Positions 11,475 to 27,371 of a DNA stretch of 64,000 nt are shown here, piece after piece. The first letter of the stretch is position 1. Each line of letters starts with the position of its first letter. The stretch lies in NCBI RefSeq assembly GCF_009914755.1, contig NC_060929.1, one strand, 5' to 3'. This DNA is from the human T2T-CHM13v2.0 reference genome, Homo sapiens. The position numbers and the translations under genes were made by a program. Under the pieces are notes generated by a model that made no database searches, had not been told where the DNA came from, and saw only the letters and a list, made by a program, of their open reading frames with translations.

Positions 11475-13240
11475 CCTTATAACTGCATTTTTAAGGTTAA
11501 TTGGGATATAATTCACATGCCATGCAAATGACCCATTTAAAGTATATAATTCACTTTTGTGGTCTATTCACAGAACTGTGCAGCCATCACTGCAATAAGT
11601 TTTGGAACATTTTCATCATCCCCAAAAGAAACCTCGTACTCTTTAGCACCCCCTCCCCCTGCCATCCCCTTCATCCCCTGGCAACCACTGATTGACTTTC
11701 TGTCACCACAGATTTGCCTGTTCTGGAAACTTCATATAAATGGAATCATACAATCTGTGGCCTTTCTTGACTGCCTTCTTTCACTAGGTATAATGTTTTC
11801 CAGGTTCATCCATGTTGTAGCATGGATCAGTATTCATACCTTTTTTGTGGCCGAATAGTATTCCATTATATGTATATATACCAGATATTATTTATATGTT
11901 CATCAGTTGATGGACATTTGGATTGTTTCTACTTTTCGGCTATTACAAATAATACTTCTATGAACATTTGTGTATAAGCTTTTGTGTGGACATGTGCTTT
12001 CATTTATCTTGGGTATATATATTATCTGAAATCCCACTTGGAAGTAAGATTGCTCAGTCATATTGTAACTCTACGTTTAATCATTTGAGGAACTGCCAGA
12101 TCGTTTTCCAAAGCAGCTGCACCATTTTGCATTCCCACCAGCAGTGTATGAGGGTTCCAGTCTCTCCACATTCTCATCAACACCTGTTATTATCTGACTT
12201 TTTGATTCTAGCTATCCCAATGGATGTGAAATGGTATCTTGTGATTTTTTTAAAAGCAGCTTTATTGAGGTATAATTCACATACCATACAATTCACCCAT
12301 TTAAAGTGTACAATTCAATGGTTTTTGGAAAGTACATTACTTTATTGTCATTTTGTTTCATTTTTTTTGTTTTTTTGAGACAAGGTCTCACTCTGTCACC
12401 CAGGCTGGAGCACAGTGGTGTGATCACGGTTCACTGCAGCCTTGACCTCCCGGGCTCAAACGATCCTTCCACCTCAGCCTCTTGAGTAGCTGGGACTACA
12501 GGCATGCACCGCTGTGCCTGGCTAATTTTTGTATTTTTTGTAGAGACAGGGTTTTGCCACATTGCTCAGGCTGGTCTAGAACTCCTGGGCTCTAGTAATC
12601 TGCCCACCTCAGCCTCCCAAAGTGCTGGGATTACAGGTGTAAGCCACTGTCCCCAGCCTTATTATTGTTTTGATCTGTATTTCCCTGATAACTAATGATG
12701 TTGAGCATCTTTTTTTGTACATATTGGCCATTTGTATGTCTTCTTTGGGGAAATGTTTATTCAGATCCTTGACTCATTTTTTCCCCAGTTTTATTGAGGT
12801 ATAATTGACAAATAAATTGAATATGTTCATTTTTAGTTGGGTCATTTATCTTTTTATAATTGAATTGTAAGAGCTCTTTATATATTATGGATACAACTCT
12901 CTTATCTGATAAAATTTTTGCAAAATTTTTCTCCCAATCTGTGGGTCGTCTTTTCACTTTCTTGATGGTATCCTTTGAAATGCAACATTTTTTAAAATTT
13001 TGATTAACTCTACTTTAACTATTTTGCTGTTGTTGCTCATGCTTATGGTGTCATATCTTAGAAACTATTACCTAATTGAATGTCACAAAGATTTATGCCT
13101 ATTTTTTCTTCTAAGAGTTTTGTGTTTTAAGTTCTTACTGTTAAGTCTTTGACCCATGTTGGGTTAATTTTTGTATACGGTATGAGGTATTCTTTTGCGC
13201 GTGGATATTCCATTGTCCCAGCACAATTGTGAAAGAGACT
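11475..13240 (-). mobile_element. L1MB 3' portion (3'UTR plus ORF2 end) with nested insertions
   Basis: tataattcacatgccatgcaaatgacccatttaaag 3' end, then antisense ORF2 (minus ORF 12757..12957 KRRPTDWEKNFA). Short L1 3'-end fragments at about 12245-12330 and 12780-12825. Confidence 0.93.
12361..12658 (-). mobile_element. AluJ inside L1MB
   Basis: cactgcagccttgacctcccgggctcaa J-type diagnostics, poly-T tail. Confidence 0.95.
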
Positions 13241-13329
13241 ACAATTGCATTTTTTAAAAAATAAATTCCTCCTAGTAATTCTTATGTGGATGGATTGCAG
13301 TCTGGGAACCACTGAGTTAGAGGATATAA

Positions 13330-14170
13330 CTAGGCTCGGATAGAACTAGTCTAGGCAATGGATGACAGAGTTTAAACTCTGGTGGTCATATCAAGAATTG
13401 AGATAAAAGGATGGATGAGAAGTACAGGGATAAAGGAAATGGTAACATAAGGTGATGGGGTGAATGTGTGGCTAAAGATGATAGTAGCTTTTAGCTTTTT
13501 TAGCTAAAAAAAACTAAAGATGACAGCACAATTATTACATCTCTTCTTTGTGTACCCTTTTACAGCTTAAAACATGCTTCCAGATAGCTTGTCTCGTTCA
13601 GTGCTCTTTAGTGAGATAGGGAGCGCATTACCATCTTCACATAGCAGATGAGGAAACTGAGGGTCCAAGATGTGGTTAGTAAACAGCCCAGACAAGCCCC
13701 AAGGTTCTTAACATCAGTCACTAGAACACTGAGAGAAGTTGGGAAAACAGGGGGAAAGAGCCGCGTGAGCTATTTAGACAGGTTGGATTTGGATTGCCAG
13801 CAGGAAATGCCTAGCAGACATCCGGAAATGTAGGCCTAGAGTTGGCTCAAGAGGTCAGGGTTGAAGATGGGGTTTGAGGAGTCACTGCTGAGGGATATCA
13901 ATTTAGTCATCATGGCAAGCAAGACTGCTAGAGAGAAAGTGTAGACAGAGGAAGGCAGAAGCAGAGAGATTCATGGGGAGATGCTCACACGTAGAAGCCA
14001 GGAAGAAATCAGTGGTGGAGAGGCCAGGAGGGAGCAAAACAGTCGATGGGGAAAAGTAAGAGGAGAATTTTCTTAGAAGAATAGGGTGAGTCAACAAGTA
14101 GCAAACACTGAATAAAGAAGTAAAAAAGTTTTGCTTAAATCTAGCCATGCCTGACTGCAGAAGTGAGCAC
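13330..14170 (-). mobile_element. Fragmented L2 with MIR insert (about 13560-13700)
   Basis: Purine-rich L2 segments (aagaggtcagggttgaagatggggtttgaggagtca) and MIR core cagatgaggaaactgagggt. Confidence 0.65.
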
Positions 14171-15433
14171 AATATGCTTCTGAAATGATTACCCTCCCAA
14201 AGGTAGAGGAGCCAGGCCAGGTTTCTGCAATCTCAGCACAGATTAAGCAGGCAACGCTGGGAGTTCTGAGCTTCCACTCAAAGTCAGGGAAATGGCAAGT
14301 ATGGGATCGCTAACCCACTCCACCCCACGACTCCTGGGGCCCCATACAGCCTTGTATCACTAGAAGCAAGAAGCACTTGCCAGGGAACTGGTCCTTATGT
14401 TTAGCTTGTATGCATCAGCTGCTTGAGAAAATGATCTTCAAGGTTTCCTGAATCCTTGTAGCTAAATGATACTCTAGAGAGAGGAGGTGGCAAGATGAGA
14501 GAAGTGATGTTAGAGTGATCAAGCATTTGGAGAAAGTTACTGGATCCTCTCTGGTTACACATCTTAGCCCTCATGGGATTCGTTTTTATCAGGGTAGAGG
14601 TGGGTGTTAAGTAATGTGGCTAAATTCCTGGCGTTATGATAGTGTGAGTCAATTGAACAGGGTTCTCTGAGCATCTAGTACATGCAAGCTAAAGATAGTA
14701 GAGGATACAGCAATGTTGAAGACAGTCTCTGTCTTGAGGAGCTCACAATTGCCAGACTAATGACAAGAGATGGGTTTCTTGTATATACTTGGCATGCAAA
14801 TAATTGAGAAAACAAAACTGAATTACAATATTAATACAGGACTCTAAAAGAGAAGCAATGAATGTACACCATGCAACACTAAGCAACCACTTCAATGACA
14901 AATATGTTGGCTATGTCAATGCACAAAGATTGTAAATAAAACACAGCAATTGGATTAGGCAGAGATCACACCAGAAACAGCTATGCAAGTCTCGCAACAA
15001 AAATCCAAAAGACTGTGGAGGGCAGTAAGAGTTGTCCTGTTTGGCATCCCATAAGTTTTGTTCCTGTAAACTTGCTTAGGTTCATAACAAAAATGAATGG
15101 TCCAGAAAATAAGTGCAATAGAAATGTGGAGGATGGAATGGTCATGGAGGAATGAGACCACAGGGAACATCTCAAACAGGGAGAATAGCATATGCAAGCA
15201 TTCAGAGGTAAAGACGTATAGACTATATCAAGACATAGTGAGTAAACCAGCTTAGTTTGGAAATACAGCTTTAGATCCTGATGTGAAGGCATATAGGCCA
15301 ATCTAAACTGTCTGGATTCAATTTTATAGGTTAAGGAGAGTTTCTGAGGGTTTTGGAGAGCAGTTCTCATTAATCTTCCTGTGAGAATTAAATGAGTTAA
15401 AAGTAAAAGTAAAGTTCTTAGAACAGAGATAAG

Positions 15434-15770
15434 TGTTTATTATTACTTTCACCTTTGCAGTATGTCGCCCAAATAAGCCATTAGTTTCTTGAGAGTAGGG
15501 ATTACATCTTCCAGAGAAGAAAGGAAGTACTGGGGATCTGGTAACCCAGACTCATAGGGTCAGAGAAGACTTCCCAGTATAAACCAGAGAAGGCTTCCCA
15601 GTATAAATAATAAACCTTGTTTATTATTACTTTCACCTCTGTGTATTGTCTCCCAAATAAGCCATTAGTTTCTTGAGAGTAGGGATTACACCTTCCAGAG
15701 AAGAAATGAAGTAGGGGGGATCAGGTAACCCAGACTCATAGAGTCAGAGAAGGCTTCCCAGTATAAACCA
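15434..15770. repeat. Tandem duplication, 2 x 153 bp with a complex junction
   Basis: 15434-15586 and 15618-15770 align at roughly 90% identity. Confidence 0.97.
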
Positions 15771-15859
15771 TGCTTCTCTGAGACCTCAAAGATTAATCAG
15801 GTTTAAAGAAGGGGGCATCTGGAGTGGAGACTGAGGGTAGGGAAGGCAGAATACTCCAG

Positions 15860-15888
15860 ACAAAACAAAACAAAACAAAACAAAACAA
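15860..15888. repeat. (CAAAA)n microsatellite
   Basis: Directly visible. Confidence 0.9.
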
Positions 15889-15989
15889 ATCACAGCATAT
15901 AGGAAAGCCCAAAGTGGAGAAAAAGTGTGGGAACTAACAAAAGCTTAACTACCATCTTCTGAGGAGGTATCTGTTTCAAAATCAAACAA

Positions 15990-18398
<2,409 letters not shown>

Positions 18399-19384
18399 CA
18401 ATTGACAATTATGAAGCAGTGTTTGTGCCACATGCTCTTACCCTTATTAAAATGTATCTTGCGCTCTCTAGGAGTCTCCTAGGCACTCTGTTGGGGATAG
18501 CCCTGAAGTGCAGGGATAGAGCATGAGGGTCACAGGGCAGAAGTAGGTTACCAGGACTTGCTAAGAAACCCTGGTTCCTGTCCTGCTCAGCCACGAGTTA
18601 GCTCTGTAGCCTCAGATCTGTCTCAGACATTTCCTCTCTCACTCTGGAGCCTAGTTTCCTTCTCTCCAACAAAAGGTTTCGATGGACTATACCCTTAGCA
18701 AGGCCCCTTCCAGCTCTCATGTCCTATACCTGTGTTCAAGGGCCAAAGAACTTGGGGGCTCTGGCCCTCTGGTACGTTAACTTGAGAAATAGCCCTTAAG
18801 ATCAACCTCCAAGGTCTCACCCAAACCCAGAGTCCTAATTTTAATTCATAAGGCCTGACAAATGAGAGATGAAGAAAATCCCAAGGGCTGATGGGACCCA
18901 TTTGGCCTGCTCGGGACTGTCATACTTGGGACCTCTAGGCCTCCTGAAGGGAGCAGCAACTCAGCCAGCTATATGAGCACTACCCAAACAATACCAGGTG
19001 GGTTGATGCTGCAAACAGCAGTCTTGTTGGTCATCTCCCTTGTGCTAGATGCCAACAAAGCTAGGTAGAAAGACTGGCTCTGACAGCTCTAAGGAGCAGT
19101 ACTATGCCAAGGAGTTTCCAGCTTCAGGATGGCAAGAGGAAGCAGTGGAGAAGATAGCAGGCAAACCTGGCCTGGTCCAGCCCTCCCCAGGATCACTAGG
19201 ATGGATGAGTAAGGCCTGGTCCCATGTTCAGTTGCCACCTGCCACAATCCTGCAAGCTAGGCAATGGAGGAATCTTTGAGGGGCCCATGATCCTAGATGG
19301 GGGAGAGCCCCTGGCTGTCTGGGCTCAAGAATCTCCGGGGGGATTGCCATCTCTTTTGGTCAGAACTGAACTCTCTCACAAGAG

Positions 19385-19790
19385 TGCTAAATCAATTCAG
19401 CGTTGATAAGAATAAATCTTTTTGGTTTGTGAGACAATATCAAAAGTACAGAATTTCTGGTAAAGGAGAAAAAGCAAAATACCCTGAGTATTTTTCTTAA
19501 GGGCAATGAATTATGCCTTCCTTGTTGGGTTCTACAGATGGAATTACTCAACCGGCTTGTTCTGTTTTAATTAACCCAGCTAATAACTTCCCTGCTGGAT
19601 TCCCTTGTTCATAACTTCTTGGTTTCACATAATAATGTGTTTGTTTCTTCCTTTGTGTTCTAATGAAATGATAATAACCTTCCCTGGCATTCATTTCATC
19701 CTTAATATCCGGAGATTTCATTAATATAAACCCTCTTTCCATCTGCTCTTGCTCCCTTTTAAAGGAAATATTTCTGTGTCCTCTTTACTT
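19385..19790. promoter_or_regulatory. AT-rich unique island, candidate conserved enhancer
   Basis: TTAATTAA, TAATGA, TCATTAAT, TGTTTGT (FOX), CCTTTGT (SOX), CTAAATCA (PBX-HOX reverse), TGATAAG (GATA); no repeat signature recognised. Confidence 0.5.
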
Positions 19791-22634
19791 GTCTTTTTTG
19801 GGGAGGCTCAGCTAATCTCTTCTTTCCTCTAGAAAGAATCTTTCTGTAAGGCTTTCCTGGGCTGATGGGGCTTGGCACAGGCTCCCTCAGCCGCCTCCCT
19901 TTCCGGGGCCTCGCTGAGGTCTCTTCGCTGCTACTTCTGGGACAAAGACCACTGCTCACTTGGAGCCTGGATCTGAGGAACGCAAAGGCATTAAGTTGCT
20001 AATACATTTTTGGAATGGGGTCAAGGTAGAAGAGTGAAAATGACACAGGTGTGGGGATCTCGAGAAGAGATGGGGATTGCTGCCAAGGGCCGGCCCGAGT
20101 CTCAGGACAGTAGGACACACGAAGCCTGGGAGTAGCCTGCAGGGAGGGCATGGGGAGGAGGAACAGGAGGATAGCCCAGGACTCAAGGAAGATGTGAGGC
20201 TAATAAACATATTCAGATGAAGTAGGGGTGGTGGAGTGTGTCAGTTCATCCATAAGTTCTATTGTATGGTTTCCTTTTTGTTGTTTTCTTGGTCAGGAGC
20301 AAAATCCTGACTACCAGGGTAGAAAATTCCCTATGAAGCTAATGTCCTGTGTTCTGACTGAGGCTGCACTGTACAGCCATCTGCATCCCACAAATTCCGC
20401 ACTCAGCTCTCTGCTGTCTTCCGCTGCTCCTCAGCTTCGTCAGTGTTTACTGGACACTCATGAGGCCTGAAAACGCGGTGCTGGGGGGACCTTCCTCTAC
20501 ATTCAAGGAACTTCCACACTGGTAAGAAACTGAGATGGTGATCCCTAAAGCACTAACAATCCCAGATCTCGAGGGCTGGTGCCCACTGTGTACCCTGAAA
20601 GGCTCAGAAGGGGAAGCTTGCAGCTAAGTGGCTGGGTTCAGTTCTTTCCTGGTAAATATTATCTTTGGTTTCTACTACAGTCTAGACTAAAAGCTCCCTC
20701 CAGAGGTCCTTCTATCTGTAGATAAGCTAGCCCCCAGGAGTAAAACAGTTCAGGCTCTTGAGCCAACTGAGAGAGGGGAAAAGCAGAGGCCCTGCAGCCG
20801 AACCAGGCCCTGGGATGTACAACCGTGCTGGCAGAGGCCACGGGCAGTAGCCTGCAGCGCAGGCTCCTGAGGTCTGGTAGAGGACCCCTGCAGGGATGGG
20901 GAGCTTGAAGGAAGATGTTGGCACTCTTTTGGTCCATCCTCCTTCACCTGCCTGGCCAGCACAGACCTCCAGGCCCCACCTCTCTACCCACTCCACAGGG
21001 TCTCCCAAGCAGCTCATCCATGGATGCACTGAGGCAGCTCCTGACAGCTGGCCAGCTCCACTCTGGCTGCCCAGGCAACTTTATCTTATTTCCTTCCAAC
21101 TCAGCCCCCTGCCACATGCACCCAGTAGATGCAGCCAATGTGGCTGTTGCAGCCTCTGAGTCACCCCATTGCCCCTAACACAGCAACAGGGTGTGGAGAG
21201 AGCCTAGGGCCTTCCTCTGACACAGGAAGAGAGCAGAAGTACCTTTAACACCCACAAGATGAACACGCGAAGATTTGCTTCTTTGGGTCTCCAAGAGGTG
21301 ATGTGTCATGCCACACATGCTGTGGCTGCTCTGCCAGGGTCAGCATGGCATGGGCATGAGCCTCTTTGCTCCCTGCACTTGATATTTGTCTCTGTACTTT
21401 CTGAGCTTGGTGTGGATGCTGACCAGGGAAGGATGGCCCCACAGAGGCAGCAGAGGAGGAAGTGCTGGTGTGTGAGCCCTCTGCAGGGAGCAGTGCACAC
21501 ACAGTACACATGGTCGTGCTCAGTGGCATCTGGTCATATAAGCCTGGCTCTCTGTGGTCTGCCAAGGTAGCCACCCCTTTCTGATTCGCCCTGCTTATCA
21601 GACCTCAGGCTGGCTTCCGTGAGTGATGATGCTATGCTTATGGCCTCAGTATGGCTTGCATCAAGTGTGCTGCTGAGTAAGAATGAGCAGGGCCCCTGTG
21701 CATAGACCTCTGGGCAGGAAAACAGTCTACCTCTGCTTTTTCTGCTTCCTTACATCCTTAGGCTAGAAGTGTTCAGCCTCCAACCTCCAGGCTCAGGCAA
21801 GGCTGCCTCTAACCCAAAGGTGATGCATGAATGTTCATCTATCAGTTCATCCATAACTTCCACTGTCTGGTTTTCTTCTTTCCTGTTGTCTTGTTTGGGT
21901 GCAAGTAAATCTGTCCAGCGATTGAACCCCTACTCCCTCCATGGATTGAATCTCCATTCGCCCTCCTTTGGGAAGTCTGATATTACTACTTACAACGTTC
22001 TTTCCATTCCAAAGTGGATGTGATGGGCCCCATCTGTGAAGTGTATCACCTGAGCTCACCTTCCAAGCACATTCCAACCAGACCTTCTGCCAGGCAGTTG
22101 AGCACAGCACCTTCTGTGACCATGGAAGGAAGAAAGGCTGCCTGGCTCCTACAGGGAAGGAGTCCAGGGCCTTGTGCCAGCCACCCACCCCCAGGACTCC
22201 ACATTGGGCTGTCTCTAATTTACCTAACCTTAGTTTCTTGTGCAGTCAGGATTCTCATACAGTCCTGCTCTAAGAGGCCAAGAAGAACCTAATACAAGGA
22301 TGTGGTACCTGGCAAGGGTCACAGCTGTCTCTCCAGGAGACCATACTGGGAGTGTGTGCAAGTGGGAGTAGCAGCCTTTCCTCCCTCCCTTCCCTGCTGT
22401 GCTTATTCTTGGCTCACTCTGGGCTCAGATGCCTCACACCTGCCCTATTGCCCTGTTGCATTTGAAACCCTCATTGCAGTGAGCTCCAGGCAACTCTTCT
22501 CTCCCTCCCTTCCCCCACTGCACTTAATCTTGCTCCTGGTCCCAAAGTCCTCTAGTTCCCTGTTCAGAAACTGTGGGATAGCTCCTTAAAGAATGAATCA
22601 GACCAGAGAAATAAAATTATAAAAAAGTAATCTG

Positions 22635-22943
<309 letters not shown>

Positions 22944-23329
22944 CTACCCTTGTCTCACTTCCAAAAGGAAACTATCCCCAGGATTATTTCACTGGCTTTG
23001 GATGAGATGGCCACCAGTTCACAACTTTATCTACCTCCCCTCTGGGAGGTCAAGATGTGGTCTTTACAGAGATGGGTGCTAGGCCCTTACTCTGCCTCTT
23101 ACTCTAGAAAAAGCCCCATTTGTCTTAGAAAGCATGAGCCATCCCAATCCTCACACAATCACCCCACAGCACACCCCACAGTCCCCAACCAACAGCCAAA
23201 GGCAAGATACAAAAAGGAGCTCCCTTACTATCAGTCAGCCCTTTCTGACCAGGACTCTTAGAATCAGAGCTGCCATTGTGACAACGAGAACAAGTGAGCA
23301 TGAATGCCCAGGGCCTAAGTCCCATCACT

Positions 23330-24610
23330 GAGGCAAACTCTGTGTCTTGCCCCATAAGAGCAATGAGCCCAGGCATCCTGATAGCCTTCTCAGGAGGTCC
23401 ATTTTTTTCTGCAGCAATGAATATAGTGTGTCACCTTCTTCCTGAAATTCCTGCCCTCCCTTGTCCTCTTCTCCCAGGGTTCTCTCCTGGCTTTTCCAGT
23501 TTTCTGAAGGTTGCTTCTCTTTCTTCTTCACTGATGCACACTCTACACGTAAGTGCTTCTCCAGATGTTGTCCTTGTCTCATTCTTCCACTAATTTATTC
23601 CTCTTTTCTAGAAGCATATGAACCCCGGACCTGGGCCAAGTGTTGGGCAGGCATTGGCCATCTATTTCCTACTCTCCACTCAAGGATTTCTACAACCCCC
23701 AGAGCAACAGCTACCACTTCCCCTAGAACAACCAAATTGTGTCTCTGATGCTGGTCTTTCCTGATGGTCAACTCTGTGCTCTTAACTCCAGCTGGAAACT
23801 TGCCCCTGGAAGATGAAGCTCAGCCACTACAAATGGAACTTACCATCTTCTCCCTGAGCCTGCTCCTCTGGCTCTTGACTTTCTGACATCTGTTACCTGC
23901 CTCAGCTTTTCCTCAGTCACTTGAGCTGAAAATCCAGAGTTGTCTCTGACTGACAGTGTGGCATCACATCCTGTCACTAGCTGTGCCTGGCTAATTCTGC
24001 CTGCCCAATGTTCGTCTAACACATTTGCCTCTTCCCCTCTACTCATTCTCATCATGGCCATCAAAAGCAAGCCTTCCAGCATCTCCCAACTTTCCCCCTT
24101 TATCCTGGTTCTCTATTCTAGCACCCCATGAAAGGTCCCAGACATAGTTGCTCTATTAGTCTTCCCCCAAAAGCTTTTATCTTGTCACTTCTCTGCTCAA
24201 AAGTCCTTCTGAGCTCTTGGTCAACTCTCAAAGAGTGTCCAGCCCCATGGCCTGCCACTCAAGGCACTCCGTCTTGTGTCCTTTGTCATTGTTCTGCCTC
24301 ACACAGTCTGTCATCTGGCCACATGCTTCCCAAACATACCTTACTTCCCAACATTTCTTATTCTGGCTCCTAGGCACCTCATGCCATATCTGCTATTTCT
24401 AAACCTACCCATTCCTAAAGAACAGAATATGATGTTGCTTCCCTCCAATGACATTAAGCGTGTTATACCTTCTACTACAATGAATCCTGTGGCCTCAGTG
24501 CCCTGACAAGACCATAATCTTTGATGTATGGGACGTTTTCTCATTCCTTATTGTACTCTCAGCACTTAACAATGGCTGTTCATAGGGCTTATCAGATGAA
24601 TGAAAATATA
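23330..24610 (+). mobile_element. Long degenerate L2
   Basis: Pyrimidine-rich L2 ORF2/3'UTR-like segments ending in ...tcagcacttaacaatggctgttcatagggcttatcagatgaatgaa. Confidence 0.7.
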
Positions 24611-26089
24611 ATTCCTGCTTCCTAGGGGATGCAAGAGAATAGAAGAGATCAGGTATAGGCTATGCATTCCTCAGAAGCCAGGTAGGAAGAGTGGTCACAG
24701 TTGTACAGAAATACCTGCCCAGAAGAGAAGCCACACTTCCATATGGGTGCCAAGAAACAGTATGCCCAAAAGGCTATCTGTAGGTCTCTTTTCTCAAATG
24801 TTTTTAACCACAGGATTGCTTCCCCCCTTGGTCAAAAGATTGGATGCCGTGACTTCTCGGCAGGCCCTCCAACAGTCTGACTCCTTCCTCTGGCTGGGGC
24901 TTGACGCTCCACAAATTCCTCACAGGTCAACCCTCCCATCGGCTGCTGTGTCACTTTGTCAGTGAGAAAGTGACTGATATTTCAATCGATTCTGACTTTA
25001 CCTTGGAGAAAAAGCAAGAAAATCACCAAATAGGATAGCATCCCCCAAAGTGGGACAGTCACACCTCATTTGTCTGAATTCGTGATGTCACATAGGGTAA
25101 GCCATTGTGACAACATTCTTAACCCAAGACATTCATTTCAGCTTCAGAGGGGGCTTCTGTACCAAGATTTTAACATGATTGTTTGTGGGACAAACGAGGA
25201 TTAGTGGTTTTCCATGGCACCCTTGCTTTTTCCTAAGTTTCTCCTACTCCAAGTGAGGACCAGGTTTATTGTCTTTCAGACCCAAGTAAACAACCAGCCT
25301 AATGCAGAACTTGTCTCTTTCAACAAATGTGCTGTTTCCTACTTTCCCTGGGGCAAGAAGGTGAGTGAGTTAAAAGAGAAGTCTTCTCTTCCAGTCTGCA
25401 GATGCTGGAGTAAACCAAAGGACTTGGCTAAGCAGCAAGGAGATGATCATGTCTATAAGGCACGGAAAACAAGATGTATCCTAAAGAATCCCTGCAAAGA
25501 GATGATTTACATTTTACCTGTTTTAGGCAGGTGTAAGGTATGCTTGGAAAAGGATTCAACAAAGAGGACCACACTCCTCCACGCCTCAGAGACAGAAAAG
25601 GAACAGAGTTCTGTTCAAACTTTCGGGAAGGTTCCCTTTGGTTTGTGTTTCCTCTGCTGGTAGGAGGTCTGCTTTCCATCTCTGCAGAACACACTTCTGC
25701 TTCTGACAATAAAGTGCATGCCTCATTGGCTTCTAGATACTTACCACCTGTTGCTATTCCAACTCATGGCTCCACTTGGCAAAAATGGCTGAGGAAAATC
25801 CACCAGCCACCAGGAGAAAACAAAGGCTATTTTGGGCTACCAAGCAGGGGTTCTGAGTGCAGCAGCCCATGGGTGGATCCTGATGAAGAGCACAGCCAGG
25901 GCTAAAGCAGACAGGCAGGCCATGGGATGCTGTCTGAAGTAACAAGACGCTGTGCAGGGAACATTGGGCCACCAGACCCCATTCAAAGAATCCACAGATT
26001 TATCTGGGTCTGTTTCACACGGTAACAGTCAGACTAGTGGCCAGAAAGAATAAGAGGTTACAAGTCCAACTAGAATAAAAAGCCATGGC

Positions 26090-26320
26090 CACATGAGCTT
26101 TGAGTGAGATAGATCTGAGTTTGAATGCTCGCCTAGTCATTCTCTCTCACTAACTTTGGCACTAACTTTGGCTTCATCATTTAACCTTTCTGGGTCTTAG
26201 TTTCCTCATATGGAAAATGAGGATAATGATACCTATCATACAAGGGTGTTCTGAAGACTAAATGAAAGGTAGTATAAAGTGCTCAGGCCAAGACCTGTCA
26301 TACAGAGGGAACTCAATGTA
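26090..26320 (+). mobile_element. MIR
   Basis: tttaacctttctgggtcttagtttcctcatatggaaaatgaggataat core; 12 bp tandem duplication at 26148-26171. Confidence 0.85.
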
Positions 26321-26949
26321 CTGATATTCTAGAGGAAAAGACATATTCCCAATCCTGAAAGAGTTTATAATCTAGTTAGGAATACAAAGTACATAAACAT
26401 TAGCAAACAACAGGACATGGTCCAGCACTGGATTATGGGATATAAATTTAAACATAGTAGTTCAGAGAGTAACAAGATCTCTGAGGGTCCCAATCATCAG
26501 GGAAGTCAACATAGAGCAGGTGGGATGACAGTAGGTTCCTGAGAGTAGGGTAGGAAGAGATGAAACAGAAAGGAGGCCCTTCCCCTGGTCCGAGGCTACA
26601 AGGAAAATGCTGGGGCCAAGGTTAAAGAGTGAAGCCCAAAGGCCAAGTACAACCAAGTTAATTTTGAAGGAACTCCAACTGGATCCAGATATTGGATTTA
26701 GAAGATAAAGAATTCAAAGGATTTATTATAAATATGTTCAAATAATTATAGGAAAATATGCCATCAAGAAACAAACAAGTAGGGAATCTCAACAAGGAAA
26801 TGGAAACACATTTTAAAATGGATTACAGAGCTAAGGTGTACAAATTAAATGTAAAATTAAAAAATCACTAGATGGGCTCAACTGAGGATTTAAGATGGCA
26901 GAAGAAATAATCAGTTAACTTGAAGACAAATGAAAAGAAACTGGCTTAT

Positions 26950-27326
26950 TTAATGAACTACCAGGGAAATGCAAATTAAAACCACAACGAGCTATCACTT
27001 CACATTTGTATGGACAGCTATTATCAAAAAGACAAGAAATAACAAATGTTGACAAGGGTATGGAATGAAGGGAACCATTGTACAAAGCTAGTGGAAATGT
27101 AGATTGGTACGGCCATTATGGAAAACAATATGGAGATTCCTAAAATAATTTAAAATAGAACTACCATATGACCCAGAAATCCCCCTTTTCGGTATATCCC
27201 CAAAGAAGACAAAATCACCACTTCATAAAGATCTGCACTCCCATGTTCATGGAAGCATTAGTCACATTAGCCAAGATATGGAAACAATCTAAATGCCCAT
27301 AGATGGATGAATGGATAAAGAAAATG

Positions 27327-27371
<45 letters not shown>

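Noticed and set aside
15434-15770. Repeat-spacer arrangement reminiscent of CRISPR or paired LTRs
   Set aside because: Only two long units in primate DNA, no regular spacers, no TG...CA termini or internal retroviral sequence.
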